Assembly (NCBI GenBank): GCA_965202585.1
Contig: OZ241831.1
Span: forward strand, 45,446,001 to 45,510,000
Origin: Thalia democratica
Taxonomy: Eukaryota
DNA length: 64,000 nt
Direction: 5' to 3'
A model generated the notes under the pieces. The model was given only the letters and a program-made list of their open reading frames with translations. It did no database searches and was not told the origin of the DNA. Numbering within the stretch: the first letter of the stretch is position 1; every line of letters begins with the position of its first letter. This document shows positions 39,200 to 51,420 of the stretch, one piece after another. Made by a program: the position numbers and the translations under genes.

Positions 39200-39900
39200 A
39201 ATGTATTGAATCTAAAATGTATATTTACTACTTATTTCTTACTTTAATATTAGGTGTTTCATTGATCACAGTTCAGTTTCCAATTACTAGTATAATAAGA
39301 ATTGTTTGTTGATGATCTATTCATAGCATTCGAAGTAGCAATGCTAATTGTTGTTGGCTGCTTTTGAACACTTATTCTTACTCACTTTTGAACGTGCTCT
39401 TTTATTCTAGTTTCAAGATGTCTAGAAGTCTGAACAATATAGCTGTTTGAGCAACAGCATTCAAATGTACAAACAACGCAACTTTTATGTTTGTTTGAAT
39501 TAAGGTCTTTAAGACTAAAAACATAACTGGATGTAAAATTAACTCTTGGTCTGGCTACACGGTAATCTTTTTCCGTTATTTTGTTTTTCTTACGATCTGG
39601 GTCGAATTTTAATCTACATAAGACAAAATAAAAAGAACCGGACATTTCTTATGCCCGTAAGGCTTTGTATATTTCAATCTGTTAAGGTTTAGGATATCCG
39701 TTCTTTAACAGCAGTGCTTTTTTTAAATTAGGTTAAGTTAGAAATAATTTTTAGTACACATTAAATTAACTTCATGCACTTTGCACACTTTGTGGTCCGC
39801 CTGCTTGTTTAGCTGAAGCGTGTGAGCTTTAACTGGACTTCTCTACCCTTAAACGAGATTAGTTCCGTTTTTTGTTAGACTCAATGGAATGTTTTAACCC
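39200..39900 (-). mobile_element. Decayed Penelope-like retroelement fragment (RT thumb/linker to GIY-YIG endonuclease)
   Basis: The minus strand shows LLLKNGYP followed by KD...HKSCVVCTFECCCSNSYIVQTSRHLETRIKEHV, a GIY-YIG-type Y.G.T.R.L..R..EH motif. Duplicate at ~50790-51420. Confidence 0.75.
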
Positions 39901-40821
39901 TGGTTTGTTTGTCTTGGACTAAATCGACACAGGGGTCCTTTCATAATGTGATTAAATATTAAAAATAACTACGATAAGATAAAACTAGCTAGATCTATTA
40001 ATTTTTTAAATAATTAAGTAAGCTAAAATAGCATAAGTGAATTAGTTACAAAGTTCACAGGAAATTAGAACTTAAAACATCTGTATTTTAGATTGCACAA
40101 TAAACTTGTAATTTTTGAAGATCAGAAAAATTTTGATAGTCAAATAAAACACTTCTGTTACGAGAACAATTGTTAAAAAATAATAATTAAAGTTTCAGAA
40201 ACAACCGTTAGATAGGTCCACAATGAAAAGTAAGTTTTGAGTCCAGTAGTGCAAACATATACGGAAAGTGCAAAATATAAGGTTAATAACTAATGGGCAA
40301 ATGTAAAACATTTTTAATTACTTAGTGTATTTTTTTATCAATTAATAAATAATACATAAATCTTTTTATTATAATAAAATTTTACATATAGAAAATCAAT
40401 ATAAATACGGCTATATTTACTTGTTTTACTTTATTAGTAAGGATATTTTCTTTTTAAAACGATTTCGGTTGAGATTTAGACTGTTTTATAAAAAGTAACC
40501 TTACAAATATTATTCACCTAATTTTTTTCACAAATGTAAAACTGTATTGATAATGAAGCTAAGCAGCAGGTAACTATATTTTAAAGTTTAATAGATTAGC
40601 AGATTGTTACATTATACACAATTAAAATTTTCCAAATCACTGAATCATATAAACTTTATATATAAGAAATTTAATTAGTTTGTAGATTTTATTTGCATCA
40701 AAAATATTCAACATAAACAAATATGAAACCAAGACAAGTTTACTTAACGAAAACTTTGCATTGCAAATTAACATAATTTAAGTGAATAAATAATCAAAAA
40801 AAAGATATCATGAAATCTTTA

Positions 40822-42147
40822 TTACAATGAAGTAACTTTACCCATAAACAAAGTACGATTTTCAAACAAAATCATGAACAAAAATGGATGATCAACCGTA
40901 AAGTGAACTGGTCTTGGTTTTTTGAAATTCGTGAATTCTTTTTTATCTATTCCTGTTGCTGCAGCAGCTTCAGTTCCTTCTTCACTTGTCTCAACGAAAG
41001 CTTTGTGAACTACTTCAGATACATAGAGTTCTTTTTCTTCGGTTGACATTGCACTAAAATCTGCATTTTCTTCGTTAAATGCATCTTTAACTTCATCTAC
41101 TCCTGTTGATGCAGCAGCTTCAGTTCCTTCTTCACTTATCTCAACGAAAGCTTTGTGAACTACTTCAGTTACATGGAGTCCTTTTGAACGCATGGACATT
41201 GAACTAAAGTCTGCATTTTCTTTATCAAAAGCGTCTTTTATTACCAATGAACAGAATGTTTTGTTCAAACTTGCTTCATACTCGATTTTGACCTTTGGCA
41301 TTTTCAACAAGATATATTTCCAATCGAAATTAAAAGGATCATTTAAGCTTTCAATAGTGTCAGCGTCTAAATGTTTTATTAAATCATTAATCCCGAACTG
41401 TTCATTGGGTAAAACAATAAGCATGCTAAATTTTTTTTGCTTGTAAGGAATTTTGACACACTTGAACCCTTTTTCATCAACTGCAAAGTATGAATAGAAA
41501 TCTGTATGTGTCATCATTTGAACAATATAAGTTTTCTTTTCATTACAATAGAACGTAGCATCTCTGGTGTTAGTTGACTTAAACTTTCGATCCCAATCAC
41601 CTTTGAAATGGATACAACTGGCTAGAACACATGCTGTATCAGGATCTAGATCACTTAATAAGTCGTCAATTTTTTCATTAGTACAACTTGCAACCCAACT
41701 ATTGATTTTTGTTTTTGTTCCTTCTGCATTTTTATCAAAGTATGAAGTTTGCATATGGCATTTAAAAGCTAATTCCATGTCAATTTTGCACTTTGCAACC
41801 ATCGGAAACGTTTGTGATGGAAAAACAGAATTAGCCAGTTTGATTTGTAAACCTTCAGAGTTGGAATCGAGTACATCATTCAGCGCTTTTAGCTTACCAA
41901 GAAGTTGTTCATCTTTTACAATTCCTAGTTCTTTTTCAATTTGCTGCTTAGTTGTACCGTTAGAACCCAATAGTAGCATTGACAGAGCAAGCGAAACGCT
42001 CAATGGTGAAAAGAAAATGTTTTTATTTTCGTCAGAGCTTTCACAAAGCAGTTTGAAAAGATTAACATCAAACGAATAAACACTTTTGTCATTTTTCAGA
42101 GAGCTTTTGGAATGCTCGTCACATGAATTTAAACTCGCCAAGTTCAT
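40822..42147 (-). CDS. Serpin 1 (441 aa from the ATG at 42147), uninterrupted ORF, no signal peptide seen, with a 50-aa tandem duplication of the s5A-hinge module
   Basis: NIFFSPLS.S.AL.ML..G, FKG.W, VQMM, IPY, MLIVLP, VVHKAF.E..EEGTEAAA twice, and F.VDHPFLF...LFMGKV. A candidate acceptor ttcAG lies just before the ATG, so an upstream exon is possible. Confidence 0.95.
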   Translation of the reverse strand: MNLASLNSCDEHSKSSLKNDKSVYSFDVNLFKLLCESSDENKNIFFSPLSVSLALSMLLLGSNGTTKQQIEKELGIVKDEQLLGKLKALNDVLDSNSEGLQIKLANSVFPSQTFPMVAKCKIDMELAFKCHMQTSYFDKNAEGTKTKINSWVASCTNEKIDDLLSDLDPDTACVLASCIHFKGDWDRKFKSTNTRDATFYCNEKKTYIVQMMTHTDFYSYFAVDEKGFKCVKIPYKQKKFSMLIVLPNEQFGINDLIKHLDADTIESLNDPFNFDWKYILLKMPKVKIEYEASLNKTFCSLVIKDAFDKENADFSSMSMRSKGLHVTEVVHKAFVEISEEGTEAAASTGVDEVKDAFNEENADFSAMSTEEKELYVSEVVHKAFVETSEEGTEAAAATGIDKKEFTNFKKPRPVHFTVDHPFLFMILFENRTLFMGKVTSL

Positions 42148-45100
42148 ACTGAATTTAGGTAAAATTAACAAAGCTGAAAATTATTTACTATTTATGTTCG
42201 ACTTGAATTATAATTGAACTTCATCTTGGTCAAATAATTTTTTAAACTACGACACCTTAAACACTTATAAAATATTTTAAGGAGTTAAGTCTCAAACATA
42301 AATGTAATTGACACCTTTTTATTAGTATTCAATGGTCAGATCTTGGTGTTTAATTAAAAACACTACAGTGAAAAAAGTAAATTAGAAAATTATAAATAAA
42401 AGAGAAACTCCTCAACTGTCAAAATTAATCGTATCATAGTAAGTTTAAAAAAGTTTTGAAGCTGTATCTCAAAAAAAAATTAAAATGTAAAAAAATCATC
42501 CATGTTAAAGTATATAGGTTGGTAACAAAAAACTTTTTTGTGAATTTTTTTATATAAATCAAAATTTTTAGAGTTAGAATTATCGTAATGCACATTATCG
42601 TTCACCTATTTTGTTTAAAAAATTATAAAGAAATCAAAAAAATTAATTTAAGGCATTAACTTTGTTTAACATATTTTAGTGTTCATTCATAAAATAATAA
42701 GTATCAAATCTATAAGCTATTATTTATGTGATTTTTATATAAAAATATGTCATCAAGTTCATTAATTTATTACTTGTTTTAACTTTTACAATTTAATCAA
42801 ATTGTACATAGCATTCACCAATATTTAACCTTCACAACTCTAGTAACTCAACTAGTTTCTTTATTGATTTCATGTACAATGTCTTTTACTAACAAATGTC
42901 AAGCACGTGACTTTTTTTTTATGAACTTGTTTATAACAGATAGTGACATAATACAGCTATCACATAATTTTTACATGAAACCTTGTTTTAGATGATAGTT
43001 ATACTAGTGTATGAAAATAAATTTTATCAACATTTAACCGTCAAAATGTGTTTTGATATATGCAAAACTATATGGATAATAGAGTTTAATATAAAACAAT
43101 ACATTATTTTCAGTTTTTTAATACACTTACGGTTTTTTTTTACATGTAATTTCACAAAACGGAAAAAGCAAGATTTGGATAAAAATGTTTTAATTAGAAA
43201 AATGTTTAATAAACCTATTGAAAAGTTTTCAGTAAAAATAATTCACTTTATATGTTTTTTACAGAGTAAGCAAGTTGTTCATTATTACTTAATAAAAAAT
43301 TTACTAAAATTAAGCTATTCATGAATGAACTATTTCTACTTTACAATACTTTTCAGTTTTCAGGTAAGTTTTCAAATTGACGAATAAGAATAAAATATCT
43401 AAAAACTATGTTCCAAAGTAATTTATTGTTTTAGTTTTTAAACTTAACAAATGTCAGTTTTTGTAAAAACTACTTTAAAACCAAAAAAAAAAAAGAAAGT
43501 ATTGTATTTTGAAATGTTTAAGTTAAAAAGACGACTAAAATATCCGTTATTTGAAAATGATTGATGTTTAATAACACTACTATGCACTATGCAGCACTAC
43601 TACAGTTTGATTTTTTAACTTTTTTTATTTGTAAGTTTTACTTATTGTGGTATTTAAATGTAACTAGTATAGGCAATCTAAATTTGAAAAGTACTGATTT
43701 AGTAACGCTAAAATTAAGAAAGCTTATTTTGTAACGACGCTGCTTTATAATCAAATATAAATTGCCCAAAAAGTTGAGGCCAAAATGGCAGTTTACTACT
43801 TAGTATTACTAAAAACTAATTATCAGTATTATGATATGAACAACTTGAGAACAGCTTCTACAAGTTTTGTATTCTATATTCATGATTGTATTATCAGTAT
43901 TAAAAATTTTTAATAACCTGTTTGTAAAAGGAAACCCTGTACTAATTTTAACAATTTCTTATTTTAAGATATTATTATAAGTATAAATAAAATGAAATGA
44001 CATTTTTTGGACTTAAAACTGCAATATAAGTTTTAAGTCATTGATTTTTTTGTTAGTGGTAGTCAGTAGTTTTCATTAGTTGTAAAAAATAAGTTTATAT
44101 GTACAAGGTTGCCACTGGTTTTTGGCAAATTTTCCTCCAGGTTTTAAAAAGTATTGGTTTATGGGTCTATTTTTAAATTGAAATTAAATAAAGATAAAAG
44201 TTGTATTAATTAATATAACAATATTTAAAAGATACTATAATGCTACTTTAAATGTATTTTGTAATAAAACTTTTTTTTTGATAATGACAACCTTTTTTAT
44301 TTTTTTATTTGATAAATATTTGTCTTAAACAGAAATTTTACCACAAAATATGTAAAAGTTGTTTAAAAATTCAGGTTTTTCTAGGTTTTTTTTTTCAAAG
44401 TTTCTGAAATTCCAGGGTTTTTAGCATAGATAGTCAAGTTCCAGGTTTTGTGGCAATTTTTTACAGCATTATGTGAATTAAGAAATTAGTTTTTTTTATT
44501 ACACATTACAAAGTGCTCTTAATGTGAACCAACTGAATAAAGTGAATTTAGAATTTAGTCTCTGAATTGAATGTTGCAAGATCAAAACTCAGTAGTCAAC
44601 ACATATACAAAAAAAAATCAAAGACAAAAGTTATAATAACTTCTTAAAAGACATTATACTTGGAAATAACAAATTTTTATAGTTTTTGTTGACATTCTTT
44701 TGGTAGTTTTCATATAAAAATTTGTTCATATTTTTAATACCATTATATTTTTGCTTCAAAATACCTTAGTGTTTGTAGGAGATAAAGGCTACACACCTCA
44801 TTTACATACAACCTTGGATTTTTTCTAAAGGTTAATTAATTTTGTTCTTTTATATCTTTTACTATTAAATAAGTAATGTGTAGCTAACAAGGTACATGCA
44901 ATTTTTATATGTGTCTGCCCTATTTTGATAACACAAACTGTTTAAAAACAAAATTTCATAAATTAAAAATACTTGTGATAAACAAGTTAGGCATTCATTT
45001 CGTAAGATAAAATTAATCTAAAAAAATAAGCCTAAGTGAGATCCACAACCTTTTTTATATTAAGAAGGGGTGGTCAAAAATGATTTTTTAAGTTATTTTA

Positions 45101-46662
45101 AAAGTGTTTAGCTAACCTGCAAATATTAAATGACTAGCTTCTTAATTGAGGAGGAAAACAAAACAATGAGTTTAAAAAGTTGTAAAACCTTTTTATTATT
45201 TAAGCTAGTAATCCAATAATTTCAGGAAGTGTTCTTAGCTTGATTCAAGTAAAAATCTTGACAGGTGTTTAAAAATATTAAGAAAAATATGATGGCAAAA
45301 TTTATGTAAAATTTTTTTTTAAACTAAAAAGTTGCTCAAGGTGGCCAAATTACCTGGAACCCTAGAAAAATCTGGAATTTTAAACAATTTTTACATGTTA
45401 AGTAATGAAATTTCAATTTGATACAAAAAAAATCAATGATTTAAGTAAAATGCTTTTGTCATCAGCTAAAATCTTTAATTATAAAACAAATATAAAGTAG
45501 CTTTACAGTAACTTTTCAACATTGTTATACTGTTTAACACAGTTTTTTACCTTAAAATACAGCCAAAAACGTGTACTTTCAAAAACTTTAAAAATTCTGA
45601 AAAATTCCACCCTGAAATAATTTTTTTGATTTGATTGAAGATTTATTTGAACAAAATTGTTAAAGTTTTTTTTTTTTAAATTGTCCTATTTCTTTTAATT
45701 ATCCTTATTTTTTTTATCTACATGTTTCAAACTAGTGGATTTTTTAATTTTATATTGTCAATCTGCAGAACTCCCTAACAAAAAGACCACGCGACGCCAC
45801 TGTTGACCACTAAGTTTTCATATTGCAAAATTTAACTCACAGAGCGAATTTTAAATAATTCCCTTTGTTCAGTTTGTTTACATTCATTACATTTTTCAAT
45901 GCGTAATGTTCAATAAGTAGTTTTTTAATTCACATAGTTCTGCAATAATTTTTTAAACAGTTTTTTGTATGAAAATTTGTTTGATAAAAATTGTATGAAA
46001 ATTTTGTTTGAGTTCAAAATGCAGCTGACACATATTAAGCTTGACGCTGTTGTTTACCGAATATTTTAAGATCTATTATTATAATGTAAACCACCAAAAA
46101 ATATGAAATTGATGGAAAATTCCTTTTTTCTTTCTTTTATTATTAGGTGGAACAACAGCTCCAGTGTGCCACCCCATGCGACGCCTCTGCTTGTCAACAG
46201 TATTTTGAATAACTGTTCTTTTACAACATGGGGTCGTTAAACTGCGGCCAATATGCGGTCCTAAAAGCAAAAATCTGCAGCCTGCGAAATACTTTTAAAC
46301 TCAAAGTATACCTATTTAAGTAAAGTATCACGAAAAGTTTTTCTAATAACAGCTCGCAGTTACGTTTTTAATTTAATAACTACTCATTACTGATATGATA
46401 ATCTTTATCATATTTTTGTTTTAAAACACTTTTTTTAACTACAAGTATATTTTAATAACTGCAGGCCGCAGAAGACTATTTTATACAGCCCGCGATCAAG
46501 TTTTTCAAGACCAGCGAATTTTACAAGGCTGCTTACCCCTGGTTTGAAAGTAATCAGCGTGACACTTGTATAAACTGTTTACTTTTTAAACGCTGTTTCA
46601 TTTAAATTATGTTCATTTTCTTAAAATGAAAACAACTAAACAAACTTGCACAGATTAACATT

Positions 46663-49380
46663 ATGGAACAATCAGTTTCAAAGAAAAGAAAAGTATTATT
46701 TGAGGAAAAGTGTCAAAGCAAGGATAACGTTAAAAAACTAAAAGGCGTTTGTATACAACTACTAAGAAATGAAGCTGCTTGTGCGAACTTACAAGTTAAG
46801 AGCTTTTTGGAATTATGCAAGAAAAATACATCGAGATTTTTAAAATTTAATACTCACAGGTCAACATTCAAAGGTAGTTTTGTTAATTGATTTTAAATAG
46901 TTTTTAATTCATTTATGCTAAATTATTAATATGTAAAGAAAAATAATAATAAAACATTTCAAGCCAAATAGATCAATTTCTTATACAATTAAAAACAACA
47001 TCGGCAAAAGTCTGCAGAGCAGAAGCCTAGACTTTCGTATGCCGTGAGACAAGCACAAGTTTAACAATAGGGTTGATCATACCTATTCAATCATCAGACC
47101 ACAAGCCTTCGGTAGACTGAGACCGGTTTCGTTTGTCTAATAAGTTCTTAAAAAGCAGAAGCGGTCTCAGTCTATCGAAGCTTGTAGTCTGATGATTAAA
47201 TTAGCATGATCAACCCTTTTGTTAAACTTATACAATCAAAATTGTAAAATAAACGATTAGTTAAAAGTTTGTTATTTTAAAACAGATTTTAAAGTTTTTA
47301 AACAGTTAATAGTAACCTTAAAGGATAGTGTTAACAATTTTTTAGAAAAATATTTACTTTAAATAAAGTTTTTAATATTAAAACTAAACTATAATCATAA
47401 GTAGGTAACATTATTTTCAATATTTTTTAGTAGCAGGCCTACAAAGTTTTCAAAATTTATTGTAAAAGTTTGTAGAGAAGTTAATCTTTTCGAAAGCAAA
47501 CAAATATTAGTACTACCAATTTCTTCCAAAAACAATAAAACTAAACTAATACCAGGCATATAAAATAGCAAAAGAAAATTAGCAAGTTTTACACCTTTAA
47601 ACTCAATGAAGTTCTTTTTATGTAGTTTTTACTAAAATTGACCAAATTGACCAAATTTTTTAAACTAACTGAGATTTTTAAACACTTTTTTAAAGTTTTT
47701 TTTGGGTTTTTGATTGTTGTTGAGATTGCTGCGGCTAAAAATTGCGAATACTAAAAGTTATCAATTTCTTTTAAAAACGTAATAGGAACAGAGATTTATT
47801 ATAAAAACGTCTTTAAAGACAAAACAAGTTTTAAAATAAGTAATATGTTAAGCTACATTCTATAAGTTTTTTTATTCTAAAAATTTAACAAAATTTTTAA
47901 GTTGAGTTTTTATTAAGACTCGGACTTATTCTTAACTGTATATAACGTAATGTGCAATTTAAAAAATGTACTCATATAAACAGGTTTATACAGCGATTGG
48001 TCGTTCAACAAAAATGTTGTCTCAGCTATCAAATACAACAGAGTTTTTCCCGATAAAGGTATCGAAAATACGCTTTCATCACTAATTGAAGATAAAGCTA
48101 GTAATAAAAATGCTTTAATGCTTTACTGTTTATCAAGAGTATTGAAACTGTCAGGACTGTCTAAAATGTCATTTTGCTATGTAGAACGCCGGTTCGCAAT
48201 AATAAGCGTAACTACAGACTTTTCGGAGTTAGACTTCATCCATGTAAGGGATGTACTGGCAAGTTCAAACCTGCACATAACATCAGAACTTGAAGTTTTC
48301 TATGCTGCTGAAAGATGGTTGCAATATGACTTTCAACAGCGCAGCAAGTACGCAAAAGATCTTTTACTGAAAGTTCGTCTTTCTTTGTTTTCACAAGACA
48401 CATTGAAACTTCTGATTAAAAAATCTTCACCATTTTATAAATGTGATGGATGCGTTTCTTTACTTCATGAAATTTTGAAACGCAAAGAAAGTTGTAATAG
48501 TGTTGTTGACGCAGGCAGGTTTTCTAACCAGGACGATTTCAAGGTTTTAGTTTACAGCTTGAAAAGTCAGCCATTCGGTTCATCAAAACATGTTTTAAAT
48601 ATCCTTAGGTGTGATGGGTGCAACTTAAAATATGTTGATGACATACCTTTCATGTCAGAAAAGCTCAAGTTTTATTATTTAAAAATTTTATGTTTGAAAG
48701 AAGTTGTCTATGTTTTCGGAAAAAAGTCCACAACTAACTTTTTTATAAGTTATTCTTTTTTAACTAAAACTTGGAAAAGTGAAGCTGATATGACAGAAAA
48801 AAGAGGGATGTTTTGTGTCTGTGCGTTTATAGATAGAATATTTGCTATTGGGGGTTCAGTTACTGGTCCTAGTCTTAATTCTTGTGCTGAGTACCATGTA
48901 AATGACAACAAGTGGAGACAAGTTAGCGAAATGACTCAAGCAAGGTGTTTAGGATCTTGTGTGGTGTTTATGGAAAAAGTTGTTGTTTCTGGTGGACTCA
49001 CCGGTGGAGGGCGTATAAGCAACACTGTAGAGTCTTATGACGTAGTGGCAGATACCTGGCAACGAATGCCAAGCATGATTGAAAATAGGTACATGCACAG
49101 CTTGGTTGCAGTCAGAACCAAGCTGTTCGCAATTGCGGGCAGCAACACAAACACGTGCGAGGTGTTTGATAACAAAAGCGAAAAGTTTACTGCTTTAAAT
49201 AACTGCCCTTTTATTTACTACTTCCAGCAAGCCATTTCGATTGGAAGCAAAATTTTTATTTTCGGTTCAGGAAGTTTTTCTTGTTATGACGTTGATGAAG
49301 ATGATTGGGTAGAAGACATAGAGTGTGGAGGAATAAAAAAGGTTTACCGTGGTTACTGTGCAAAAATGGACTTTAACTAG
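46663..49380 (+). CDS. BACK-Kelch protein 3, join(46663..46873,47984..49380), ~535 aa; paralog of Kelch-2
   Basis: Same splice sites and phase as Kelch-2, open frame, near-identical protein with a one-codon indel (RKETSC vs RKESC). Confidence 0.9.
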
Positions 49381-49415
49381 CGCACTTTTGAGTTTTACAC
49401 AGTTAGCACTTAACA

Positions 49416-49618
49416 CAGGGTTTCCCAAGCTTTATTTCAAAAGGCCCCTTTAAAGAAATAAAAAAGCTATGGCGCCCTCCAACGAGATTTCTCAAAAACT
49501 TCTATAATAAATGCATATTACCTTTTTTTTCTCACCGTCTTTAGAATATTTATTGTAAGTGTAATTTTTGACCTTATGGCCCTCAATGGGGTTAATTGGA
49601 CCACTTTAGGAAACTCTG
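49416..49618. mobile_element. 203-bp hAT MITE (duplicate of 37891-38093)
   Basis: Same TIRs and TSD. Confidence 0.85.
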
Positions 49619-50789
49619 ACTTAAGAACTATGACGTTTTTTTAGGATTGGCTGAACCATTAGAATTAATTGTTAAATATACTGTTTGTATGTGATAAAAA
49701 TTTGTAAAGGTGGTTTTTTCTGATGTCTAATACTACTTTAAACAATAGTTATTGTTTTGTAGATCTTAAATTTTTAATTTATTTTCCTACAATAAATGTT
49801 TGAGTAATTCTTCACTTTCGTCATCTTAATTTGTTTATTAATTGTTACAATTGTTTTAAATAAAATTATTGTTTTTTTTCAATTTATAGAGCTGTTTTTT
49901 TTTAAGTTTTTATCAAATATGAAAAGTAAAATAATATTTTAAGAATTTACATATTTTTTTTTTTCTATGTCCTTATACTTACCCTCTGAGACAAATAGGT
50001 TATTAATTGATATATATTAGTATTGTGTATAAAACTTACAATAAAATATTTAAAATGCGAACTATAGAATAAACACCAAATTTTAATAAAACATTTTTTC
50101 AACAACTAAGTTTAAACAACTACCCGAAATTAATTAAACAATTTTTGAGTTTTAAAAAGCTTTTTTTCTTAAATAATAAATTTTAAACTATAATTTACCA
50201 TTAGTTTTAACTATAATATAAATAGATTATTATGAACTGTGTAAGTTCATGAAAATTTTATTTTTTACAAATTTAAAACATATTGTATGTTATGTTTATA
50301 TACTTCTAATTTTTACAATTTTATACCTTATAAATTTAAATTCAAGAAAGTTTAACGGACTAAAATATACATTGCTATATATTTATAGTCATCTCTAAAT
50401 TGCTACCAAGCTGTGAATCAAAAATATAATAAAGATAATTTTATCAAGTACTTCATGAATTCTAAGAGAAGTAAAACTAAGCATCCAGTTCTGTTAAATT
50501 TTGATTAGAGTAAAAAATTACTTTTCAAACTTTAAATAATAATATTGTTTTGCTTATTATTTAGGTACGGTACCATAACAATACCATAATAATTGACTAT
50601 ACTGTACGATTTAAGTAATCTAAGACTCGGAATATTTCGCTTATTACGTAGTCAACACCAGTTTGTGAAAAGTAATTTTATTTAAGTTAATTTGAATAGT
50701 AATAAAAACTAATTAACGATTTAATAATCGGTAAAAAATATTAAGGAGAAATGTATTGAATCTAAAATGTAAACTTACTACTAGTTTCT

Positions 50790-51420
50790 TACTTTAATAC
50801 TAGGTGTTTCATTGATCACAGTTCAGTTTCCAATTACTAGTATAATAACAATTGTTTGTTGAAGATCAAACCATAGCATTTAAAATAGCAATGCTAATTG
50901 TTGTTGGCTGATTTTGAACACTTATTCTTACTCACTTTTGAACGTGCTTTTTTATTCTAGTTTCAAGATGTCTAAAAGTCTGAACAATATAATTGTTTGA
51001 GCAACAGCATTCAAACAACGCAACTTTTATGTTTGTTTGATATAAGATGTTTAAGACTAAAAACATAACTGGATGTAAAATTAACTCTCGGACTGGCTAC
51101 ACGGTAATCTTTTTCCATTATTTTATTTTTCTTACGATCTGGGTCGAATTTTAATCTACATAAGACAAAATAAAAAGAACCGGACATTTCTTATGCCCGT
51201 AAGGCTTTGTATATTTCAATCTGTTAAGGTTTAGGATATCCGTTCTTTAACAGCAGTGCTTTTTTAAAATTAGGTTAAGTTCGAAATAATTTCTAGTACA
51301 CACTGAATTAACTTCATGCACTTTGCACACTTTGTGGTTCACCAGCTTAATTAGCTGAAGCGTGTGAGCTTTTCTACGCTTAAACGAGATTAGTTCCGTT
51401 TTTTGTTAGACTCAATGGAA
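50790..51420 (-). mobile_element. Penelope-like fragment (duplicate of 39200-39900)
   Basis: Colinear with the first copy, including the NGYP motif and the GIY-YIG remnant. Confidence 0.7.

Larger units (their letters stand above)
31303..42849 (+). repeat. Segmental tandem duplication, copy 1 (~11.55 kb; Kelch-2 + serpin-1)
   Basis: Colinear with 42857-54369 throughout, with an offset of ~11,520-11,555. Both copies contain the same MITEs, foldback and Penelope fragment. Confidence 0.95.

Noticed and set aside
40939-41238. Serpin repeat as an intron or alternatively spliced RCL cassette
   Set aside because: The ORF is continuous, and by eye I found no GT/AG pair in register that would remove exactly one 150-nt unit or give an in-frame skip. 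cDNA is still needed to exclude this fully.
41192-42079. Plus-strand ORFs overlapping the serpins, and similar antisense ORFs over the Kelch and zinc-finger genes (e.g. 8591-8788, 22564-22788, 23056-23337, 37424-37648, 52720-52974, 63331-63567)
   Set aside because: Shadow ORFs of real coding strands with no motifs; several are not preserved between the duplicate copies.
42992-43324. 110-aa ORF
   Set aside because: AT-rich, low-complexity composition and disrupted in the paralogous copy at ~31450-31780.
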